A model generated the notes under the pieces. The model worked only from the letters and a program-made list of their open reading frames with translations. It was not told the origin of the DNA and did no database searches. This document shows, one piece after another, positions 22,387-32,000 of a stretch of 32,000 nt of DNA (within the stretch, counting starts at the first letter, position 1; every line of letters starts with the position of its first letter). A program made the translations under genes and the position numbers. The stretch spans positions 1,500,001 through 1,532,000 of the forward strand of contig NC_002937.3 of NCBI RefSeq assembly GCF_000195755.1, read 5' to 3'. This DNA comes from Nitratidesulfovibrio vulgaris str. Hildenborough (GTDB lineage: Bacteria; Desulfobacterota; Desulfovibrionia; Desulfovibrionales; Desulfovibrionaceae).

Positions 22387-23982
22387 TTACGCGATGATGT
22401 GGAGTCCTGCGGCAGAATCTGCCGTACGTCCCGTAAATTGCATTTCCCGCGCCATAACCCCCTCGCCGCCGCCAAGCTTTGCCATGCGGCGCATGCGTTC
22501 GATGGTCTCTGAGCGTTCCTGCTGCTCACGGTTCTGGTTGTGCTGATCAAGACCCTGCCATGTGCTTCCGTTCTGGTTGTTGGAAAGCTGGGTCTGCACT
22601 TCCAGCCGTTCGACCTTGACCCCCTGCTGTTCAAGCTGCTGCCGCAGCTGGTGCAGATGGTCGTTGACGAGTTGGGCGGTCTCGGTGCGTTCGGGGCGGA
22701 TGACGGCGCTCACCTCGCCATTGCGGACGGTGAGCACAACGCTGAGGGCACCGAGCTCCGCCGGGTCGAGGCGGAGTTCCATGCGGCGCGTGCCGTCCTG
22801 CAGGCTGGAAAGAAAGCCCTTTTCGATTTGCGAAAGCACCTGCTGCGGTGCGGCGGGAAGTCCTGCGGCTTCGCTCTTTGCCGCCTGGGTCGCGGTGTTC
22901 TGCTGCATGTTGCCATCGACCACGTGGATACGGCGCAGCATGGTGTCCCACGCGTCGCCCTGTGACGAGCGTGACGTCTTGTCCGCATCACGGTTGCTGC
23001 TACGGGAAAGGAGCTCTTCGAGGTAGGTCTTGCCGTGTGCTCCCTTGTCCTTCTTGCCGGAGAGTCCGTCCTGCGGTTCCTCGGGGTTGTCCTGCGGGCC
23101 GGGGACTCCGCCGGTCTTGCGCTGGAAGGTGTCGTGCATGAGGGCTTCGCTGTGATCGGCATTGCGCGACCCCAGGCGGTTGGCACTGTCGGCACTCTCC
23201 TGTCTTGCGCGAAGGCGTTGCAGGATGGGGTTGAGCGACTCGCCGAGAGCGGCTTCGAGCTTCTTGTCCTGCTGCTCGCGCCGCGTCAGTTCCTGTTCGA
23301 CGCCAGCGAACAGTTGTTGCAAGCCGTTGGCATCGAGACTGGCTCCCGTCGCGCCGCCAAAGCTCTTGCGCAGGGCGTCCAGGGTATTGCCGGAAACGCC
23401 CAGCGCGCGGGCGAGGGCGTCAGCTTCGCTCGCTTCGAGCGTGATGCCGTCGCCACCGGCTGCACGCATCTTGCGGCGCAGTGCGTTCCAGACGTTGACG
23501 CTGTTCCCTGCTTCGAGTTCGCTGATGAGCGTTTCGGATTGCTTGTCGTCAAGGCCCAGCTTCTGGAACAGAGACTGAAGCTGCAGCTTGTCGGCATTGC
23601 CGATGGCTCCTCCATCTGAAGTTCCACGAAGGGCATTGAGCACCTTGCCGAGGGTCATGCGCTCACCGGAAGACGCAAGGCGGGTGAGTTCGTCCAGTCG
23701 TTCCTGTCTCACGCCGCGGCGGGCAAGTTCTTCCCGCAGGGCAGCGACGTCTTCGATGGTCATCTCGGCTGAAGCGGTGACGTTGCCGACCGACATACTG
23801 TCGTGCGCGTCTTGCGTCGAGGAGTTGCGGCTTGATGCGGGGCGAACGCTGTCGGTCTGGACGGTGTTCACCATGTCCCTCATCACCCCGGAGAACATGT
23901 CTTCACGGGCACGCTCGTTCTGCGGGCTTGAGCCGAGAAGCGCGTCGGCATCAGGGCGGGACTCGAATGGAAGAATTTTCAT
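22387..23982 (-). CDS. fliK: Flagellar hook-length control protein FliK
   Basis: ORF 22387..24024 (TTG) trimmed to ATG 23982 (AAGGAG, 7-nt spacer). C-terminal Flg_hook-type domain RMELRLDPAELGALSVVLTVRNGEVSAVIRPERTETAQLVNDHLHQLRQQLEQQGVKVERLEVQ. Low-complexity N-terminal two thirds. The stop overlaps the flgD RBS. Confidence 0.85.
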   Translation of the reverse strand: MKILPFESRPDADALLGSSPQNERAREDMFSGVMRDMVNTVQTDSVRPASSRNSSTQDAHDSMSVGNVTASAEMTIEDVAALREELARRGVRQERLDELTRLASSGERMTLGKVLNALRGTSDGGAIGNADKLQLQSLFQKLGLDDKQSETLISELEAGNSVNVWNALRRKMRAAGGDGITLEASEADALARALGVSGNTLDALRKSFGGATGASLDANGLQQLFAGVEQELTRREQQDKKLEAALGESLNPILQRLRARQESADSANRLGSRNADHSEALMHDTFQRKTGGVPGPQDNPEEPQDGLSGKKDKGAHGKTYLEELLSRSSNRDADKTSRSSQGDAWDTMLRRIHVVDGNMQQNTATQAAKSEAAGLPAAPQQVLSQIEKGFLSSLQDGTRRMELRLDPAELGALSVVLTVRNGEVSAVIRPERTETAQLVNDHLHQLRQQLEQQGVKVERLEVQTQLSNNQNGSTWQGLDQHNQNREQQERSETIERMRRMAKLGGGEGVMAREMQFTGRTADSAAGLHIIA

Positions 23983-24007
23983 GGAGCAACTCCTTGGCCG
24001 GGTTGAA

Positions 24008-24023
24008 TACAAGGAGTGTTCCA
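24008..24023 (-). promoter_or_regulatory. Weak sigma-54-like element upstream of fliK
   Basis: Minus strand TGGAAC-actcc-TTGTA, compared with TGGCAC-N5-TTGCA. The -12 GC is GT, and the implied leader would be only about 16 nt. Confidence 0.2.
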
Positions 24024-24026
24024 ATG

Positions 24027-24054
24027 TGGTATCATGCTGAATTGATTGATACCA
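24027..24054. promoter_or_regulatory. Perfect 8-bp inverted repeat TGGTATCA-N12-TGATACCA (candidate operator) upstream of fliK-flgD-flgE
   Basis: 24027-24034 and 24047-24054 are exact reverse complements. An ATGTGG direct repeat flanks both arms. The repeat sits in the only sizeable gap (142 nt) of the long minus-strand gene string. Confidence 0.4.
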
Positions 24055-24124
24055 TGTGGCCGTTATGGATGGCGGGGGGCAAGTGTTGCCCGGCAGGAGG
24101 CAATGAGGAGGGGGAAGAGGTGGG

Positions 24125-28367
<4,243 letters not shown>

Positions 28368-28387
28368 CCCTCGAACTCCTCGTGTGG

Positions 28388-28732
28388 CTAGTCGGGCAGC
28401 AGTGTGAGCAGGTCATCCTCGTCTTCGAGCAGGGGGAAAAGGCCGGAAAGCTGGGCGGCGTCGAGAAGTTTGTGAACCTCCTTCGAGGGACGGTACAGCA
28501 GAATGCGACAGCCGGAAGCGCGGGCGCGGGTACTTACGGCGATAAGGCTTCCAAGCCCGGAACTGTCGAGATAGGTGACGCCTGCAAGGTCGAGGGCCAC
28601 ATCGGTGACCCCTTGCGTCGACAGTGCCTCTTCAAGCTCACCGCGCAGGTGCTGCGCATTGGCGAGTGTCAACTCGCCGGAAAGGACGGCTACGATGACG
28701 TTGCCGTGGTGTTGCAGGTCGATGGCTGCCAT
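28388..28732 (-). CDS. STAS-domain anti-sigma-factor antagonist (RsbV/SpoIIAA-like)
   Basis: 114 aa. VAVLSGELTLANAQHLRGELEEAL...VALDLAGVTYLDSSGLGSLIAV carries the canonical phosphorylatable Ser (DSSGLG). Confidence 0.9.
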   Translation of the reverse strand: MAAIDLQHHGNVIVAVLSGELTLANAQHLRGELEEALSTQGVTDVALDLAGVTYLDSSGLGSLIAVSTRARASGCRILLYRPSKEVHKLLDAAQLSGLFPLLEDEDDLLTLLPD

Positions 28733-29133
28733 GCTGCCTCCGGGATATGTATCGTTGCGCGCAGTACTGTCTTGCCGTCACGACGTTCAAGTACGCAGTC
28801 TTCTGAAAGTTTCCCGATGATCCTGAGCCCGTGGCCCGATTCGCCGAAATGCGGAGGCTGCTTGCCGCCCACAGGGCCGACGCCCCAGTCCGTGACATGA
28901 ATGGTCACGGATGTACGAGGTTGAACATCTACTTCAACGAGCATATCACCTTCGGCCCCGCCGGGATAGGCGTGGCGGATGACGTTCGCACAGGCCTCTC
29001 CAAGAATGATCTCCAGAGTCTTGAGCGTGTCGCAATCGCACAACCATGGCGAAAGTACCTCGAGCACCTGACATACGAGGGGGCGATAGCTTTCCAGCGT
29101 GGCGGGGGCTTTGAACGCGCAGACCCTCATCAT
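28690..29133 (-). CDS. RsbW/SpoIIAB-like anti-sigma factor serine kinase (HATPase_c_2)
   Basis: 147 aa. N-box LGEACANVIRHAY and G-box GESGHGLRIIGKL. AAGGAGGAG RBS. The 3' end overlaps the STAS gene by 43 nt in another frame. The start overlaps the stop of the phosphatase gene (ATGATGA). Confidence 0.85.
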   Translation of the reverse strand: MMRVCAFKAPATLESYRPLVCQVLEVLSPWLCDCDTLKTLEIILGEACANVIRHAYPGGAEGDMLVEVDVQPRTSVTIHVTDWGVGPVGGKQPPHFGESGHGLRIIGKLSEDCVLERRDGKTVLRATIHIPEAAWQPSTCNTTATSS

Positions 29134-30299
29134 GCCTCCTCCTTGCGTTCGATATAGAGGGCGGTGACGTCATCGGGCCATGTCGGGGGTTCGCCAAAGG
29201 TGGTGGAGATGTCCTCGCGTAACGATGAAAGCACATCACCGCCACGCCGCATCGTGGCTTCTGCCAGCGACAGGAAGCGGTCGATGCCAAGTCGGCGTCC
29301 ACTCGCGGTGGCGCAATCGTGAAAACCGTCGGTATACAGCAACAGGCGTGTACCCGGTGTGAAGGGCACAAGCCGTTCCGTTTCCCGCACGCCGAAGAAA
29401 CCGAGCCGCGGAGTCGTTCCGGAAAGCCGCATGGTCGTCCCGTCAGGGTGGCGAAGAAGGGCGGGGCAGTGTCCGGCGTTGACGTACCGGAGTGTGTTGC
29501 CCCTGAGGTCGAGGTCAGCTGCGAAGAGCGTGACGAAGTCCGGCTCGTTGCCGACCACATCCAGCAGGTTGGTGTTGATCTCGAGCAGCATGTCCGTGAG
29601 CGGCGTATTCGCGGCATGGCTGGCGTGGAACAGCGTGCGCACCATGGTCATGAGAACGGCGGAACGGGCGCCATGCCCGGAGGCGTCGGCGATGACGACC
29701 CGTAGTCTGTCTTCTCCGGGCAACAGGAAATGGTCGAAGTAGTCGCCGCTGGCTTCTGTGGAGGGCTGGTAGAAACTGTCGATGCGCAGCGACGCAAGGT
29801 AGGGTGTGTAGGCTGGCAGCAGCCTCATCTGCAGGTCTGCCACGAGCCGCATCTCCTCTTCGATGCGGCGTGTGTAGGCCCGAAGGCGTCGTGAAAGACG
29901 CGCCTGCCGCAAGGCGACGGCGACACGGGCGGTCAGTTCCGCCTGGTCCACAGGAAGCCGGAGAAAGTCGTCTGCGCCGGCACGGCTTGCCTCCAGACGT
30001 TCCAGCACAGCGGCTTCGTCGCTCAGCACGAGGATGAACGTATCGTCAAGATGCGGTTCGGAACGGAAGGCCCGAAGCAGGGCAAGGGCTTCGCCGTCGG
30101 TGGACGAGGCATCGAGCAGGATGAGAGCGGGGCGGAAGGAGAGGGCCAACTCCATACCGACGTCGTGACTGTCGGCGATGAGCAGGCGACGCGTTTCGGA
30201 GATGTGCGTCACCAGCGCATCACGCACCAGTGCCGAGTCGGTGATGATCAGGAGCGGGCTTTCATCCTGCAACGCTGGCCTCCGGGAAGAGTTCGGCAT
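29130..30299 (-). CDS. Response-regulator receiver (atypical) fused to PP2C/SpoIIE-type serine phosphatase (RsbU-like)
   Basis: Receiver-like N-terminus (LLIITDSALV...ALILLDASSTDGEAL...ILVLSDEA...DFLRLP). The C-terminal half has SGDYFDHF...VVIADASGHGARSAVLM...YVNAGHCPALL...LLLYTDG (SpoIIE/PP2C). Start is uncertain: ATG 30299 has no RBS, TTG 30305 is the track start, and TTG 30272 has GGAGG 6 nt upstream and is a good alternative. Confidence 0.85.
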   Translation of the reverse strand: MPNSSRRPALQDESPLLIITDSALVRDALVTHISETRRLLIADSHDVGMELALSFRPALILLDASSTDGEALALLRAFRSEPHLDDTFILVLSDEAAVLERLEASRAGADDFLRLPVDQAELTARVAVALRQARLSRRLRAYTRRIEEEMRLVADLQMRLLPAYTPYLASLRIDSFYQPSTEASGDYFDHFLLPGEDRLRVVIADASGHGARSAVLMTMVRTLFHASHAANTPLTDMLLEINTNLLDVVGNEPDFVTLFAADLDLRGNTLRYVNAGHCPALLRHPDGTTMRLSGTTPRLGFFGVRETERLVPFTPGTRLLLYTDGFHDCATASGRRLGIDRFLSLAEATMRRGGDVLSSLREDISTTFGEPPTWPDDVTALYIERKEEA

Positions 30300-30750
30300 C
30301 GTCAAGGCAAAGGGTCACAGGGCCCCAGTTGATGAGGCTCACATGCATCAAGGCCCCGAAGATGCCTGAAGATACCCGTCCGGGCAGCCTCGCGTCAATG
30401 TCGTGGACGAGTCGTTCGTAGAGATTCCGGGCCGTGTCCGGAGGGGCCGCTGTCTGGAATGATGGGCGGCGGCCCCGGCGCAGGTCGGCATAGAGCGTGA
30501 ACTGCGAGACAAGCAGCACCTCTCCGCCGTGTTCGCGCAGACTGCGGTTCATGCGCCCCTCTGCATCGGGGAAGATGCGCAGGTCGATGAGCTTGTCGCA
30601 CATGGCGTTCCAGCGGCGGCTGTCTGGCAGGGTCTCGTCGTCGTCCTTGCCGAACCCGGCGAGGACCAGCAGCCCTGTTCCGATGGTGGCTACCGGGGTG
30701 TCGTCCACCCGCACCCCGGCCTCCAGAACGCGCTGGACGACAAGCCTCAC
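30262..30750 (-). CDS. dtd: D-aminoacyl-tRNA deacylase
   Basis: ORF 30262..30810 trimmed to GTG 30750 (GGGAGG RBS, 9-nt spacer), giving (V/M)RLVVQRV... Motifs SQFTLYAD and WGPVTL are typical of Dtd. The upstream stop is at 30755. Confidence 0.88.
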   Translation of the reverse strand: MRLVVQRVLEAGVRVDDTPVATIGTGLLVLAGFGKDDDETLPDSRRWNAMCDKLIDLRIFPDAEGRMNRSLREHGGEVLLVSQFTLYADLRRGRRPSFQTAAPPDTARNLYERLVHDIDARLPGRVSSGIFGALMHVSLINWGPVTLCLDDAELFPEASVAG

Positions 30751-30754
30751 GGGG

Positions 30755-32000
30755 CTAGTCCTCCCCGTTTCCGGCAGGAGCGTTCTTGAGACGCTCTTCT
30801 TCTTCGGCACGCAGGATGCGACGCAACACCTTGCCCACGATGGTCTTGGGCAACTCGTTACGGAATTCGACCTGCTTGGGCACCTTGTAATTGGCCAGTT
30901 GTTCTCGGCAGTGGGCCACTATCTCGGCCTTGGTGAGCTTCACACCCTCGCGCGGCACGATGTAGGCCTTGATGATCTCGCCCCGGGTGGCGTGCGGAAC
31001 GCCCACCGTGACCGCTTCCTTCACCTTTGGGTGCTCGTGAAGGACTTCATCGATTTCACGCGGGTAGACGTTGTAGCCACCCACGATGATCATGTCCTTC
31101 TTGCGGTCGACGATGAAGAAGTAGCCGTCTTCATCCATGGTGGCGATGTCGCCGGTGTACAACCAGCCGTTGCGCAGGGTGTTGGCCGTCTCGTCAGGGC
31201 GGTTGAGGTAGCCCTGCATGACCTGCGGGCCGCGAATGATGAGTTCGCCTATCTTGCCGGGGGGCAGGGGCACGAGACCCACCTCCATGTCGACGACCCG
31301 TGCCTCCGTGTCCGGAAAGGGCACGCCGATGGAACCGGGTTTCTGGACGCCGTGGATGGGGTTGAGGTGCGTGACCGGAGAAGCCTCTGTGAGGCCGAAG
31401 CCTTCGATGACCTGTGCGCCCGTCAGTTCATGGAAGCGGCGGATGTGCTCCAGCGGCATGGGGGCGGAACCGGAGATGCAGTACTTGATGGATTTGAGGT
31501 CGAATTCTCCGACGTCCTTCTGCTGCATGAGCGAGATGTAGATGGAGGGCGCACCCGGAAAGATCGTGGGCTTGTGCTTGTCGATACCAACCAGCACGTC
31601 GCGCGGCACATAGCGCGGGAAGGGGATGATGGTCGCGCCGAGTGCGGTTGGCAGCGTCAGGCAGGTGGTCAGCCCGTAGACATGGAAGTAGGGCATGAGG
31701 CCAAGGAAGGTGTGGCGCATCCGGGTGCTTTCACCAAGGATGGCCTTGATCTGCTGTACGTTCACCGAAAGGTTGTAGTGCGTGAGCATGACACCTTTCG
31801 ATATGCCCGTGGTGCCCCCGGTGTACTGGAGCAGGGCGAGGGCTTCACGCGGGTTCTCCACCTTGGCGGAGTAGCCTTCCTTCTTCTTGAACAGGGTCTT
31901 CCACGGGATGACGGTCTCCCCGTCGAAGGGTACGTCACGCCATGTCCCCTCCCGTTTGGCCTTGAAACGGTAGAGCAGGTTCAGCGGGAACCCGAGGGCG
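30755..32000 (-). CDS. Long-chain/medium-chain acyl-CoA ligase (AMP-dependent synthetase), C-terminal ~415 codons; gene runs off the right edge
   Basis: LLQYTGGTTGISKGVMLTH is the AMP-binding motif. Also YGLTE..., GWLYTGDIA, and the C-terminal PKTIVGKVLRR. The reading frame stays open from 31861 to 32000 (...KTLFKKKEGYSAKVENPREAL...). Confidence 0.9.
   Translation of the reverse strand, partial: ALGFPLNLLYRFKAKREGTWRDVPFDGETVIPWKTLFKKKEGYSAKVENPREALALLQYTGGTTGISKGVMLTHYNLSVNVQQIKAILGESTRMRHTFLGLMPYFHVYGLTTCLTLPTALGATIIPFPRYVPRDVLVGIDKHKPTIFPGAPSIYISLMQQKDVGEFDLKSIKYCISGSAPMPLEHIRRFHELTGAQVIEGFGLTEASPVTHLNPIHGVQKPGSIGVPFPDTEARVVDMEVGLVPLPPGKIGELIIRGPQVMQGYLNRPDETANTLRNGWLYTGDIATMDEDGYFFIVDRKKDMIIVGGYNVYPREIDEVLHEHPKVKEAVTVGVPHATRGEIIKAYIVPREGVKLTKAEIVAHCREQLANYKVPKQVEFRNELPKTIVGKVLRRILRAEEEERLKNAPAGNGED

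Noticed and set aside
20725-22512. 253-aa and 316-aa + strand ORFs opposite flgE, flgD and fliK
   Set aside because: These are shadow ORFs antisense to unambiguous flagellar genes.
23983-24024. TTG-initiated N-terminal extension of FliK (MEHSLYSTRPRSCS)
   Set aside because: ATG 23982 has a canonical AAGGAG RBS located inside the putative extension.
30751-30810. N-terminal extension of Dtd (MPKKKSVSRTLLPETGRTSP)
   Set aside because: It overlaps the acyl-CoA ligase 3' end. Dtd family proteins begin at MRxVxQRV, and GTG 30750 has a GGGAGG RBS.

Overview
Clearly GC-rich chromosomal segment. From memory, and not verifiable here, the gene content and order resemble a Desulfovibrio (Nitratidesulfovibrio) vulgaris-type sulfate reducer. 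I support 25 protein-coding genes, 22 of them on the minus strand. By eye I saw no tRNA, rRNA, CRISPR array, transposase, integrase or phage genes. Left half (1-17.7 kb) is mostly housekeeping: gcvPA (partial), gcvH, a CheY-like response regulator, pgm, ychF, a secreted double-M16 peptidase, a large fused radical-SAM protein, a small protein with a Gly-rich tail, an MFS transporter, a DRTGG/Pta-N-terminal-like protein and rnc. One odd plus-strand gene sits here, encoding an HPt-like domain, an acidic disordered linker and a STAS domain. Right half (17.8-30.3 kb) is a motility region. It starts with a divergent flagellin/flaG pair and a 467-nt gene-free convergent spacer holding a sigma-54-like promoter and a strong terminator. 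It continues with a long minus-strand gene string: REC-PP2C phosphatase, RsbW-like kinase, STAS antagonist, FapA/DUF342, CgeB-like glycosyltransferase, GT9 heptosyltransferase-like, fliK, flgD, flgE. Upstream of this string lie dtd and a partial acyl-CoA ligase. The most interesting candidate is this partner-switching cassette, which has no sigma-factor gene and is translationally coupled to flagellar and glycosyltransferase genes. The second is the separate HPt(His->Gln)/STAS(Ser->Leu) protein, which appears unable to be phosphorylated at either end. All family assignments are motif recognition by eye. No searches were run. The ORF track uses ATG, GTG and TTG starts, and several starts were trimmed using RBS and codon-bias arguments.
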